Shown here one piece after another: positions 1 to 10,065 of a DNA stretch of 64,000 nt (within the stretch, counting starts at the first letter, position 1; every line of letters starts with the position of its first letter). A model generated the notes under the pieces. It was not told the origin of the DNA and did not search any database. It worked only from the letters and a program-made list of their open reading frames with translations. Origin of the DNA: an uncultured Verrucomicrobiae bacterium. GTDB taxonomy: Bacteria; Verrucomicrobiota; Verrucomicrobiia; Chthoniobacterales; JAFAMB01. The translations under genes and the position numbers were made by a program. The DNA lies in the NCBI GenBank assembly GCA_963837955.1, contig CAWIPH010000002.1, positions 1,280,001-1,344,000 on the forward strand, read 5' to 3'.

Positions 1-970
1 CATTGGACTTGGGAAAATGGGCGGGAACATGGCTCGCCGTTTGATGCGGCAGAAGCATGAAGTCGTCGTCTATGATCGGAGCGCCGACGCAACTCACGCG
101 TTGGAAAAGGACGGAGCAACTGGGGCGGTGGATTACACCGATTTAGTCAAGAAATTGACCCCGCCTCGAGCCGTCTGGCTGATGGTTCCTGCGGGCGGTC
201 CGACGGAAGAGTCCGTGCAAGCGCTGAAACCTTTGCTCGAATCCGGCGATACGATCATTGATGGAGGAAACTCCTACTACAAAGATGATGTGCGCCGAAG
301 CCGTTCGGTAAAGGAAAAGGGCATCCATTATCTCGATGCCGGCACCAGCGGCGGTGTTTGGGGAATCGATCGCGGATACTGTTTGATGATTGGAGGAGAT
401 CGCGAAACGGTGGAACGTCTTGAACCGATCTTTGAGACGCTCGCTCCGGGTCAAGGGAATACGCCACCCTCGCCGGGAAGAGAAAAGTATAAGAGCACCG
501 CGGAAAAAGGTTATCTCTATTGCGGACCCGCCGGGGCCGGACATTTCGTTAAGATGATCCACAACGGAATCGAATATGGCCTCATGCAGGCTTACGCCGA
601 AGGCTTCGACATTCTGCGGGAAGCGTCATCGGATGCCTTGCCGGAGGGGCATAGGTATGAATTCAATTTGCCGGATATTGCTGAGCTCTGGCGGCGCGGA
701 AGCGTAGTCGGCTCCTGGCTGCTTGACCTGACCGCGATGGCGTTAGCGGAGGATCCGAACCTCAATCGCTTCACTGGTTTTGTTCAGGATTCCGGGGAAG
801 GACGATGGACGATTCAGGCAGCAATCGACGAAGCGGTCCCTGCCGAGGTGTTGAGCGCTTCGCTCTTTACTCGGTTTCGCTCACGAAAAGAGCACACGTT
901 TGCTGAAAAGGTGCTCTCGGCCATGCGTAACAAGTTTGGCGGTCACGTCGAGTCTTTGCCATTCCAATAA
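1..970 (+). CDS. gnd: 6-phosphogluconate dehydrogenase (decarboxylating), 5' truncated by the window
   Basis: [14 protein letters not shown]ossmann start, [23 protein letters not shown] and DSGEGRW motifs. Confidence 0.95.
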   Translation, partial: IGLGKMGGNMARRLMRQKHEVVVYDRSADATHALEKDGATGAVDYTDLVKKLTPPRAVWLMVPAGGPTEESVQALKPLLESGDTIIDGGNSYYKDDVRRSRSVKEKGIHYLDAGTSGGVWGIDRGYCLMIGGDRETVERLEPIFETLAPGQGNTPPSPGREKYKSTAEKGYLYCGPAGAGHFVKMIHNGIEYGLMQAYAEGFDILREASSDALPEGHRYEFNLPDIAELWRRGSVVGSWLLDLTAMALAEDPNLNRFTGFVQDSGEGRWTIQAAIDEAVPAEVLSASLFTRFRSRKEHTFAEKVLSAMRNKFGGHVESLPFQ

Positions 971-980
971 AAGTCTTCCA

Positions 981-2528
981 ATGAATCCTTGCCAATCAAC
1001 TCCGCGAGCGGGTGACCCTTGCGCCATCGTCATATTTGGGGCATCCGGAGATCTCACGAAACGGAAATTAATTCCTGCACTCTATAATTTGTCTTCGTAC
1101 GGGCTGCTGCCCAACAGGTTCAGCATCATTGGGGTTGCTCGAACAGCGTGGGATGATGACGGCTTTCGAAACCAACTAGGGAAAGATTTGGCGGAGCTTG
1201 GCACGCAACCGGTCGACCCTAAGATCTGGGCCGAATTTCGGGAGCGAATGATGTATTGCCGAGGCAGCTTTGATGATCCAAAGACCTACGAATGTCTAGA
1301 AGAACGGCTGGCGGAATCGGCAAAGAAATTCGGAACGGCCGGGAACGTTTTGTTCTATTTGTCGGTGCAACCCGATTTCTTTGCGGTCGTCCCGAAAATG
1401 CTGGCCGAGCGGGGGTTGATGCGAGAGGAAGGTTGTTGGCGTCGTATCATCATTGAAAAGCCTTTTGGGCGTGATCTGGCTTCTGCCCGAGAACTGAACG
1501 CTAAGCTTACCGCGGTCCTGCAGGAGCGCCAGATCTATCGGATCGACCATTATCTCGGTAAAGAGACCGCCCAAAATCTGCTGGTTTTCCGTTTGGGCAA
1601 TGCCGTATTCGAACCGATTTGGAACCGTCGTTATATCGACCACGTTCAGTTAACGGTCGCCGAATCGATTGGCGTGGAGCTACGGGGCGCTTTCTACGAG
1701 ACAGCGGGCGCCTTCCGCGACGTGATGCAAAATCACATGTTCATGCTCTTGGCCCTCATAGCGATGGAGCCGCCGACCTCGCTGGAAGGCGAAGCCGTCC
1801 GAAACGAGAAGGTAAAGCTATTGGGGGCAATTCGGCGGTGGAAACCCGAAGATGTATTAATTAATACGGTGCGCGGCCAGTACGGAGCGGGCGAAATCGA
1901 TGGCAAGCCGGTTCCTGCGTATCGAGATGAGCCCAATGTAAATCCGAAATCGACCGTCGAAACGTACGCCGCGGCCAAATTGCTCATCGACAACTGGCGT
2001 TGGGCGGGAGTCCCGTTCTATTTGCGCACAGGAAAGAGATTGGCGCGTCGAACCAGTAAAATCGTCGTCCGATTTAAAACTCCGCCGCTCTCGATTTTTG
2101 GATCTGGCGAGAGCGATCCAATCGCCCCGAACTACTTGATTTTCAATATTCAACCCGAAGAAGGAATCATGTTTCAGGTGAGAGCGAAGGTACCTGGGCC
2201 AACGATCACGACCAAGCCAGTGCATCTTGATTTCGATTACAGCCAATTTGGCGAAAGACCGCCGACGACCGGATACGAAAAACTGTTGTATGACTGCATG
2301 GTGGGCGATTCGACCCTCTTTCATCGTTCCGATATGGTTGAGGCCGCTTGGGAAGCCGCGCAGCCAATCCTAGATGCATGGACGGACAATCCGCCGCAAG
2401 ATTTTCCCAATTACGCCGCAGGAACTTGGGGTCCTGCTGCGGCCGACCAATTGTTAGCGCGGGATAACCACAGATGGTGGTACGCGCCAGACAATCGGAT
2501 ACAGCAAACCGGAGGCGTCCGCCGGTAG
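981..2528 (+). CDS. zwf: glucose-6-phosphate 1-dehydrogenase
   Basis: GASGDLTKRKL, RIDHYLGKE, NWRWAGVPFYLRTGKR; ATG at 981 follows the gnd stop. Confidence 0.95.
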   Translation: MNPCQSTPRAGDPCAIVIFGASGDLTKRKLIPALYNLSSYGLLPNRFSIIGVARTAWDDDGFRNQLGKDLAELGTQPVDPKIWAEFRERMMYCRGSFDDPKTYECLEERLAESAKKFGTAGNVLFYLSVQPDFFAVVPKMLAERGLMREEGCWRRIIIEKPFGRDLASARELNAKLTAVLQERQIYRIDHYLGKETAQNLLVFRLGNAVFEPIWNRRYIDHVQLTVAESIGVELRGAFYETAGAFRDVMQNHMFMLLALIAMEPPTSLEGEAVRNEKVKLLGAIRRWKPEDVLINTVRGQYGAGEIDGKPVPAYRDEPNVNPKSTVETYAAAKLLIDNWRWAGVPFYLRTGKRLARRTSKIVVRFKTPPLSIFGSGESDPIAPNYLIFNIQPEEGIMFQVRAKVPGPTITTKPVHLDFDYSQFGERPPTTGYEKLLYDCMVGDSTLFHRSDMVEAAWEAAQPILDAWTDNPPQDFPNYAAGTWGPAAADQLLARDNHRWWYAPDNRIQQTGGVRR

Positions 2529-2593
2529 ACTGGCGCGGGATTTAGCAACCTGGGAGAGTCAAGCGAAGGGGCAAGTTCGATAACATCGACGCA

Positions 2594-2698
2594 GTAGCCT
2601 GATGCTCCAGCCTCAGGAGCGCACGCGCCACAGCGTAAAAACGCGAGATCAGGGGCCTTATTGCTTCCTGGGTACCTGAGGCTGAAGCATCAGGCTAC
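2594..2698. repeat. GTAG-ended inverted repeat (REP-like)
   Basis: GTAGCCTGATGCTCCAGCCTCAGG ... CCTGAGGCTGAAGCATCAGGCTAC; a single arm recurs at 41586-41609. Confidence 0.8.
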
Positions 2699-2752
2699 TT
2701 TGTCAGCCATTGCAAGCTGGCGAGTCCCTGCTTACCTTCTCCCTCTTCGATT

Positions 2753-3943
2753 ATGCCTGAGAGTATTATTTCAGAAGACCGCTGGTCCACGGTTCAGTTC
2801 AGCAACGACGAGATTGCGCGCTATTCACGGCATCTCATCATGCCGGAAGTGACGCTCGATGGCCAAAAGAGACTAAAGGCTGCTTCAATTTTGTGTATCG
2901 GCGCCGGGGGCCTCGGCTCACCCATCGCGCTTTACTTGGGAGCAGCAGGAATTGGGAGAGTGGGATTGGTGGATCCAGATGTTGTCGATTTCTCCAATCT
3001 GCAGCGCCAGATTCTTCACGGAACCAGTGATGTCGGCCGGAAGAAGCTCAATTCTGCCAAAGATCGAATCAAAGCGGTGAACCCGAACGTTCAGGTCGAC
3101 CTGTACGACTGCATATTTACCAGTGAGAATGCGATGGACCTGGTCAAAGATTATGACTTGGTGATCGACGGAACGGACAATTTTCCAACCCGTTACCTTT
3201 CCAACGACGTTTGCGTTTTGACCAAGAAGCCCAATATCTACGGATCGATTTTTCGGTTTGACGGTCAATGCACGGTTTTTGCCCCACATCTGGGTGGTCC
3301 ATGTTATCGTTGCATGTTTCCGGAGCCCCCTCCGCCCGGAATGGTTCCAAGTTGCGCCGAAGGCGGTGTATTGGGGGTATTGCCCGGAGTGATTGGGGTG
3401 ATGCAGGCGATCGAAGCGATCAAACTGATACTTGGAACTGGCGAATCGCTGATCGGGCGACTGATCAGTTTCGATGCATTGAAAATGCGGTTTCGGGAGT
3501 TCAAAGTGCGTAGAGATCCGAATTGTCCGATCTGCGGCGACCACCCCACCATCCATCAATTGATTGATTACGAGCAGTTTTGTGGTTTGCCTCAGGCCGA
3601 CGCCGAGGCGGAGAAGGAGATGGCGGTTCCTGGGATCACCGCGATCGATCTCAAGGCCAAAATGGATCGTAAAGATGCGTTTGTGTTGGTGGATGTACGC
3701 GAGCCATTTGAGTACGACATATGTAGCATCCCGGCCTCCCGCCTGATTCCGCTGGGAGAATTGCCGAGTCGGCTGAGCGAGTTGGATAGCGCCGATGAAA
3801 TTGTGCTCCAATGTAAGAGTGGGGCGCGCAGTGCCCGTGCCCTCCACATTTTGCAGGAGGCTGGCTTTCGCAAGCTTTACAATCTGGAGGGCGGAATTAC
3901 CGCTTGGTCGGACCAGGTCGACCCAACCGTACCGAAATACTGA
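2753..3943 (+). CDS. moeB: MoeB/MoeZ-type ThiF-family adenylyltransferase with C-terminal rhodanese domain
   Basis: RYSRHL, GAGGLGSP, SNLQRQ, PCYRC/CPIC zinc motifs, rhodanese CKSGARS. Confidence 0.9.
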   Translation: MPESIISEDRWSTVQFSNDEIARYSRHLIMPEVTLDGQKRLKAASILCIGAGGLGSPIALYLGAAGIGRVGLVDPDVVDFSNLQRQILHGTSDVGRKKLNSAKDRIKAVNPNVQVDLYDCIFTSENAMDLVKDYDLVIDGTDNFPTRYLSNDVCVLTKKPNIYGSIFRFDGQCTVFAPHLGGPCYRCMFPEPPPPGMVPSCAEGGVLGVLPGVIGVMQAIEAIKLILGTGESLIGRLISFDALKMRFREFKVRRDPNCPICGDHPTIHQLIDYEQFCGLPQADAEAEKEMAVPGITAIDLKAKMDRKDAFVLVDVREPFEYDICSIPASRLIPLGELPSRLSELDSADEIVLQCKSGARSARALHILQEAGFRKLYNLEGGITAWSDQVDPTVPKY

Positions 3944-4184
3944 GTCCATTTTTGCGGGGCTGACGGCGAGAAAGTAGCCTGATCCCGCCGTCGCTATAGC
4001 GGGGCATGTTGGTGAGAAGTGATTGGTGAATGGTGGATGCCTATCGGCAAATCCTCAGACAAATCTCCCACCGCCCTCTCACTAATCATTAATCACCATC
4101 GCTGCAGCCCTGAGACTGGCCTGTCCGCCGAAGTTATGGGGTTGCGGGAGAACGAAGGAGGAAGCAGCACCTACTTAATACCTT

Positions 4185-5192
4185 ATGGATTCCGAACTTC
4201 TCTCGTTGTTGCGCTGTCCCCGGACAGGAGGGCGGCTTCGCTTTGCCAGCGTAGCCGAGTTGATCTGCATTAACGCCGAGATCCGAGCTAACCAGGACGG
4301 AAATCAGCAACCGGCCGAAGTTAAGGGCGAACTCGAGCAATCTCTCATTTGCGATTCTGCCAAGTTGTGTTATCCGGTTCGCGACGGTCTGCCGGTGTTG
4401 CTACCGAACGAGGCCTTTGATCTGCCAAAATCGTTGGACTCTTCAATGGCCAAAGTCGAAAAATCTTCCCGCAAGACAGTAATCCTCGACGAGCTGGACC
4501 AAAACAGATCGATCGACCAAGAGGAGTACAGAGTAAGGGTTAAAGAGTACCAATTGGAACTTCTGACCCTGCAGCGCGCGTTGAATGAAAGCAAACACAA
4601 CGTCCTGGTGGTGATCGAGGGTCCGGACGCCGCAGGAAAAGGGGGAGCGATTAAGAGGTTGGTGGAGAAACTAGATCCTCGCACCTACCGCGTCTATTCG
4701 ATCGTCAAACCGACGCAGGAAGAATATGCACACCACTACCTTTGGCGTTTTTGGAACAAGCTTCCTGGTTATGGCGAGATGGTTATTTTTGATCGTTCGT
4801 GGTACGGCCGCGTGCTGGTTGAGCGCGTAGAGGGATTTGCCAGCGGCGCTGAATGGAAGCGGGCTTATCGCGAGATCAACGAGTTCGAGCGCGTATTGGT
4901 TGATGACGGCACGCTGATTGTGAAGCTTTATTTGCACATCTCGAAAGAAGAACAGCTAGACCGTTTCAAACACCGGGAAGCCGACCCGCTGAAACATTGG
5001 AAGATCACGGAGGAAGATTGGCGCAATCGTCGGAAATGGGATGAACACAATGAAGCGGCGCAGGATATGTTCGAACAAACCTCGACGCCGTTTGCGCCTT
5101 GGACCGTCGTCGAAGCAAACTTCAAATGGTACGCGCGGCTGAAAGTTTTGAAAACGGCCATCAAAGCGCTCCAGTCGCTTGACTTGCATTAG
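4185..5192 (+). CDS. ppk2: polyphosphate kinase 2 family protein with in-frame N-terminal Trm112/YcaR-like domain
   Basis: EGPDAAGKGG Walker A, FDRSWYGRVLVERV; N-terminal LLRCPRTGGRL...YPVRDGLPVLL Trm112 signature; internal ATG at 4446. Confidence 0.85.
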   Translation: MDSELLSLLRCPRTGGRLRFASVAELICINAEIRANQDGNQQPAEVKGELEQSLICDSAKLCYPVRDGLPVLLPNEAFDLPKSLDSSMAKVEKSSRKTVILDELDQNRSIDQEEYRVRVKEYQLELLTLQRALNESKHNVLVVIEGPDAAGKGGAIKRLVEKLDPRTYRVYSIVKPTQEEYAHHYLWRFWNKLPGYGEMVIFDRSWYGRVLVERVEGFASGAEWKRAYREINEFERVLVDDGTLIVKLYLHISKEEQLDRFKHREADPLKHWKITEEDWRNRRKWDEHNEAAQDMFEQTSTPFAPWTVVEANFKWYARLKVLKTAIKALQSLDLH

Positions 5193-5196
5193 CTAA

Positions 5197-6174
5197 ATGA
5201 CGAACGGAACTCTGCCCAAGCAACCCTCGTCCCCTTTAATCTACGGCTGCATGCTGATCGGAGGGAATTTCGACGATACACCTCTCACGGCAGAGGACCG
5301 TAAAGCCGGGCGGGCTGCTGTCGATGCCGCTTTGGAGAGCGGGTTCAATTTTTTCGATCACGCCGATATCTATTGCCGTGGTAAGTCGGAGGAACTTTTC
5401 GGTGAGTTTTTAGCGGAGCAAGCTGCTTCTCGCGACGATCTGATTATCCAAAGTAAGTGTGGAATCTTTCTCCCGGGCCAGCCGGAAGCAGGGCTGCCCG
5501 CTCGCTTTGATTTCAGCTACGAACACATTCTCGAATCGGTCGACGGGAGCTTACGCCGTCTTCGTACAGCGTATCTGGATATCTTGTTGCTGCACCGGCC
5601 CGACCCGCTGGTCGAACCGGAAGAAGTAGCTGAAGCCTTCGATCTACTCCATCGCACGGGCAAAGTGAGAGCATTCGGGGTGAGCAATCATTCGCCGGCA
5701 CAAATTGATTTGCTCCGCACTTACGTCGATCAACCATTGGTGTTCAACCAGATCGAGTACAGTCCGTTGCATACGATTCAGCATGATGCCGCGATTCATG
5801 CAAATATGCGGGTGCCACATTACGGCAATCCAGGAGAAGGAATCATCGAATATTGCCGTGCCAACGGGATTGCACTCCAAGCGTGGAGTCCGCTTGCCCG
5901 AGGGCTGCTCAGTGGAAAACCGTTACCTAAGAATGCCGAGAAACGAATTGCCGCAGCCGCCGAGATCGTAGCCCAAATCGCAGAGGAGCATGGAACCAGT
6001 CGAGAAGCGATTGTGCTCTCTTGGGTATTGCGACATCCGGCCGGAATCATGCCGGTTGTCGGAACAACCAATCCGGAGCGGATTCGCGCATGCTCCGAAT
6101 CGGTTAAGATCGAGCTTTCCCGGATTGAGTGGTATCAGATCTATACTGCGGCGATGGGCCACTCCGTACCGTAG
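5197..6174 (+). CDS. aldo/keto reductase
   Basis: FDHADIY, SKCG, LLLHRPD, GVSN, AWSPLARG. Confidence 0.9.
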   Translation: MTNGTLPKQPSSPLIYGCMLIGGNFDDTPLTAEDRKAGRAAVDAALESGFNFFDHADIYCRGKSEELFGEFLAEQAASRDDLIIQSKCGIFLPGQPEAGLPARFDFSYEHILESVDGSLRRLRTAYLDILLLHRPDPLVEPEEVAEAFDLLHRTGKVRAFGVSNHSPAQIDLLRTYVDQPLVFNQIEYSPLHTIQHDAAIHANMRVPHYGNPGEGIIEYCRANGIALQAWSPLARGLLSGKPLPKNAEKRIAAAAEIVAQIAEEHGTSREAIVLSWVLRHPAGIMPVVGTTNPERIRACSESVKIELSRIEWYQIYTAAMGHSVP

Positions 6175-6380
6175 AATTGTTCTTATCGAAAATGGAGCCT
6201 GATCATAGGCGCAGAGAACCACACATCTGCCTTATCTTGATGCGCATGACCGGCCGCGGCGGACTCCACGATGCTTCCAAGCCGTAAGATCAATCGCGGA
6301 GTGGGTGATTGGTCCTTTTCGCGAATCTGGCGCAATGGAATCGCCACCGCGAGTAGACTCGCGAGGCGCTGTGCGCCAGT

Positions 6381-6884
6381 TCAAACTCTGGTAGGCAAAG
6401 CGTAAATGACCTGTCTCACGTCCGGGACGGTTAAAGCCAAATTGATGACTGCGATCGCGTCGTCAATCGAGTCGTTCCGAGCGTGAATGGAGACGACTCC
6501 ATTGGTAGAACTCACTTCGAAGCCACTTGCTTTCAGACGCGGCTGGGTTCCGAGCTTATTTAGGACTGTCGAGGTAATGATCGCGTCAGTAGTCAGACCG
6601 ATCGGTTGAAGATTGTCTCTGGCCGAAGTGGCCTGAACGACCAAGGTGCCACTATCCGCACGGAGGAGCTCGCCTCCAACAATTCGCTTGGCGAATTCGC
6701 TTGAAGATACTGCGTTTCCGACCGGCTTTTGCTGTGGGCTGCTTTCCGCGGACCCAGAGGTGTGCTTGACGGTTTCAGGAACTCTCAGACCTCGACTGAA
6801 GGTCGTGCGTTCTGATTTATCATTGGAAGCACAACCGGACAGCAATATGATTAGGCAGAGGAAGATGTTTGCGGATGGGCCCAT
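6381..6884 (-). CDS. BON-domain lipoprotein
   Basis: lipobox LSGC; TDAIIT...V...NGVVSI...VPDVRQV BON-like C-terminus. Confidence 0.6.
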   Translation of the reverse strand: MGPSANIFLCLIILLSGCASNDKSERTTFSRGLRVPETVKHTSGSAESSPQQKPVGNAVSSSEFAKRIVGGELLRADSGTLVVQATSARDNLQPIGLTTDAIITSTVLNKLGTQPRLKASGFEVSSTNGVVSIHARNDSIDDAIAVINLALTVPDVRQVIYALPTRV

Positions 6885-7069
6885 GGTGAATGTGTTAGAT
6901 CAGCAAAAACTGTTGGCTTAGACGTGGCCCACCAACGTTTTGTTTACTTATTTTCTTGTGAATTAGTCAGGTGCCTTAGCGATTTGGTCCAGCGAGGGCT
7001 AACCCGAACAACCAGAGATATCTTCGATCACGTCTTGATTCGGGACAATTCTTTGGCAATTGGATAGGC

Positions 7070-8335
7070 ATGTTCAGAAATATCGGGATCGTTTTTCTAA
7101 TGGGGAGTCTCTGGATCGGCTTGGGCGATCTCGTTTACGGCTCGGAAGGGGGTGCGGATCAGCACACGACGCGGGCCGTTCAGCTAGTCAAGGAAGGGAA
7201 GGACAAGGAAGCTCTAGAGGAGTTCACCAAAGCGATTGAAGCCGATCCAAAGAACCCAATGTTTTATCGAAATCGCGCCGCGCTTTATTCTCGATTGAAG
7301 GATTGGGAACACGTCGCTAGCGATTACAGTCAGGTACTTGCCCTTCAGTCAGACGACCTCGCGGCCTTGTTGAATCGGGGAATCGCTTACACCGAAGCGA
7401 AGAAATTCGATGAAGCAGAAAAGGATTTTGCAGCGGTGCTCGCCAAGAAGCCGGACGATCAACGAGCATTGAAGTATCAGGCTTACGTGTTGGCCGCAAA
7501 AAAGGACACCGGTCAAGCGGCAGAGGAATTAACGAAACTAATCGAGCAGAATCCGACCGACACCAAGCTCTATCTCTCCCGTGCCCAGATTTATGGGGCG
7601 GCAGGCCAATGGCAGCAAGCTATCGCCGACTACAGTAAGGTGTTGGAGATGGATCCCAAAAGCGTTGAGGCGCTGACGGCGCGCGGCAATGCTTACATTA
7701 GGCTGAATGACCACGCCAAAGCGATAGATGACCTCACCGCTGTGTTGGCTATTAAGCCGAATGATCGCGATATCCTTTTGCGTCGAGGCGATCTTTATCG
7801 CGAGGATGGTCAATTCGATAAAGCCATCGCCGATTACTCCGCGATCATCCAGGCCAAACCAAACGATGCCGCTGCCTACTCCGGCAGAGGTTACGCGGAG
7901 TTGAAAAAGAATGATAAGGATGCCGCTCTGGCTGATTTCAACAAGGCCATCTCGCTGGCGCCAAATGAGGGCGAATACTACACTGCCCGTTCTTTTATCT
8001 ACATCGCCGAAAATCAGGCTGGGAAAGCAGTAGATGATTTTACCCGATTGATTTCGCTGAAACCAGACGACATAAATTTGTACATCCGGCGCGGGAATCT
8101 GTACGCGCAACTCAGTAAGCTGGACGAAGCAGCGGCTGATTTTGACCAGGTCTTAGCTAAGGATGCGAATAATCCCGCGGCGCTCGCCGGTAAAGGTTTT
8201 GTAATTGCAAAGAAGGGAGACGTCCGCTCCGGTGCCGCTCAGATCCAGAAGGCTTTGGAACTCTCGAAGGATCCCAAAGAACAGGACGACATGCGAGCGA
8301 AACTTAAGCAGTTGGGAGTTGGGCCACAGTTGTAA
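7070..8335 (+). CDS. exported tetratricopeptide repeat protein
   Basis: N-terminal hydrophobic leader, then many 34-aa repeats (RG..Y......AI.DY/F..A). Confidence 0.9.
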   Translation: MFRNIGIVFLMGSLWIGLGDLVYGSEGGADQHTTRAVQLVKEGKDKEALEEFTKAIEADPKNPMFYRNRAALYSRLKDWEHVASDYSQVLALQSDDLAALLNRGIAYTEAKKFDEAEKDFAAVLAKKPDDQRALKYQAYVLAAKKDTGQAAEELTKLIEQNPTDTKLYLSRAQIYGAAGQWQQAIADYSKVLEMDPKSVEALTARGNAYIRLNDHAKAIDDLTAVLAIKPNDRDILLRRGDLYREDGQFDKAIADYSAIIQAKPNDAAAYSGRGYAELKKNDKDAALADFNKAISLAPNEGEYYTARSFIYIAENQAGKAVDDFTRLISLKPDDINLYIRRGNLYAQLSKLDEAAADFDQVLAKDANNPAALAGKGFVIAKKGDVRSGAAQIQKALELSKDPKEQDDMRAKLKQLGVGPQL

Positions 8336-8403
8336 TGGGCCCACGAGGGCCACGGCTAAATCGGTGGTTGGTAATTGGCGATTGGCAAAGCACACCCAAG
8401 GTC

Positions 8404-8587
8404 GGTAGGGCGAAAGCCTGATACCGTATCAGCGGGATCGGCTTGAGCCGCGCGGGGATCAACCGATGATTCGTTTTTAACAGCAATTCTTAATGCGGTA
8501 CGAAAACTTCAGGAAATCAGCGCGATTGGGCAATTGCAGACGGCTCAAGCCGATCCGGCGCCCGCCGGACCAGGCTTTCGCCCTACC
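8404..8587. repeat. GGTAGGGCGAAA-family palindromic element
   Basis: ends GGTAGGGCGAAA / TTTCGCCCTACC with inner GATCGGCTTGAGCCG / CGGCTCAAGCCGATC; lies between convergent genes. Confidence 0.85.
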
Positions 8588-8628
8588 AATCATGACGATT
8601 ACAGCTCACTGATTAGCGATTACCCGCT

Positions 8629-9207
8629 TTATCCGGCCGGATGGATCCCGAATTGGGCCAGCAGTTTGGGGACCGTCTCCATCGGTAAACCGACGACGTT
8701 TGTGAACGATCCGTCGATCCGTTCGATCACCGTTTCCGAGTCAATTTGTGCTGCATAAGCTCCAGCTTTGTGAAGCGGATCGATGCGGGACAGATATTGG
8801 CCGATAGCATCTGCGCTCAACTCACGAAATCGTACTTCGGAACCGATCACGGCGGAGACAGTCCGTCGATCGGAGAAATTGCTGATGGCGACGCCGGTGA
8901 CGACCTCATGGGTCCTGCCGGACAGCCGCGTCAGCATGCCACGGGCTTCGTCTAAATCGGCGGGTTTCCCAAAAACGCTGTTGCCGAGCGCTACCAGGGT
9001 GTCGGCGCCGAGAACCACCGCATCCGGTTCCATCCGAGCAACTGCAAACGTCTTCCGGCACGCGTTCAGTAAAGCCAATTCCCCGGCAGTTAGGAAATCA
9101 ACCGTTAGCTCCACGATAGGAGCCGTCTGAACGACAAATTCATATCTCGCTTCCCGTAATAGACGACTTCGTTGAGGAGATCCGGAAGCCAGAATGAAAT
9201 TTTTCAC
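8629..9207 (-). CDS. maf: Maf family nucleoside triphosphate pyrophosphatase
   Basis: ILASGSPQR, GADT, GKP, KAGAY, NVVGLP. Confidence 0.9.
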   Translation of the reverse strand: MKNFILASGSPQRSRLLREARYEFVVQTAPIVELTVDFLTAGELALLNACRKTFAVARMEPDAVVLGADTLVALGNSVFGKPADLDEARGMLTRLSGRTHEVVTGVAISNFSDRRTVSAVIGSEVRFRELSADAIGQYLSRIDPLHKAGAYAAQIDSETVIERIDGSFTNVVGLPMETVPKLLAQFGIHPAG

Positions 9208-9887
9208 TGTGGCGACGGTTGCGGACTGCCCTGTGGTTGCGAGCTTGGCCGCAATTCCTGATAGTCGGCTGGAATCACGAAGCTTGCGTCTTCGAGGGTC
9301 GATTCTTCCACTGAATCGAGTGTGGTAACGATTTTCTGCCCGAGCAAGTCGACAGTGGTGCGTATCGGCAATCCTGGATATTTATCCGGGGGAATGGAAA
9401 GCGAATGAAAAAGACTAAGCCCCGGTGCGTCCTGCACCGCGTAAAGCTGCGTCAACAATTCCCGGTATTTCGGAAAGCTTTTTGTTACATCAAGAATGAG
9501 TGGGAGTCCGGCAACTTTCCCAGAATATTCTTCAGTAGCGAACCCATTGATTGTGTCGGTCTTGCCAGTTGCCTGGAAATCGACGTTCTCGCTAGAGTCA
9601 GCTGGAACCGAAAGCAACTTCTTGATCGCTTCAGCCTCAGCATTCAGCTGCTCGGAGCTGACCTTCATGAACATTTTAGGCTGATGCAAAAGAATGACGG
9701 TGCCGGTCTGCGGATCAATCAGCGCGCTCGTATCGGAGCTGGTATCGATCCGGCACTTTGATCCTTTCAGTCTAATAGTTACCTGCTGTCGTTGGCCGAA
9801 ATTCTCAACCGTCTGTTTAATTACGAAGTCGGCCTGCGCAACGGTTGCTAAGCCCAGGAGTAAGGCGGAGAGACAGACGAGTCTCAT
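9204..9887 (-). CDS. exported protein, DUF4412-like
   Basis: signal peptide (AQA-D), ATGKTDTINGF..EEY, GLPIRT, F.IPADY; 4-nt overlap with maf. Confidence 0.6.
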   Translation of the reverse strand: MRLVCLSALLLGLATVAQADFVIKQTVENFGQRQQVTIRLKGSKCRIDTSSDTSALIDPQTGTVILLHQPKMFMKVSSEQLNAEAEAIKKLLSVPADSSENVDFQATGKTDTINGFATEEYSGKVAGLPLILDVTKSFPKYRELLTQLYAVQDAPGLSLFHSLSIPPDKYPGLPIRTTVDLLGQKIVTTLDSVEESTLEDASFVIPADYQELRPSSQPQGSPQPSPQ

Positions 9888-10065
9888 AAGGTAGAACGTA
9901 TGCGAATGGAATGTTCAGTTGCGCTGGTCATAAGTGCTCTCGTTCGACTGCGCGTTGGCAGTTCCTTTCGTGGATCGCGACGAAATTCGGGTATGCGGGC
10001 TGGCTTCGCAACGGAAAATCCCATTCGCTGACCACTAGCACAGTCACGCGATTTTATTCACGGTT

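Noticed and set aside
2918..3949. Long antisense ORFs (this one and similar ones opposite zwf, the TPR gene and the VPS10-like gene)
   Set aside because: Shadow frames of well-supported genes in GC-rich DNA with no recognisable motifs
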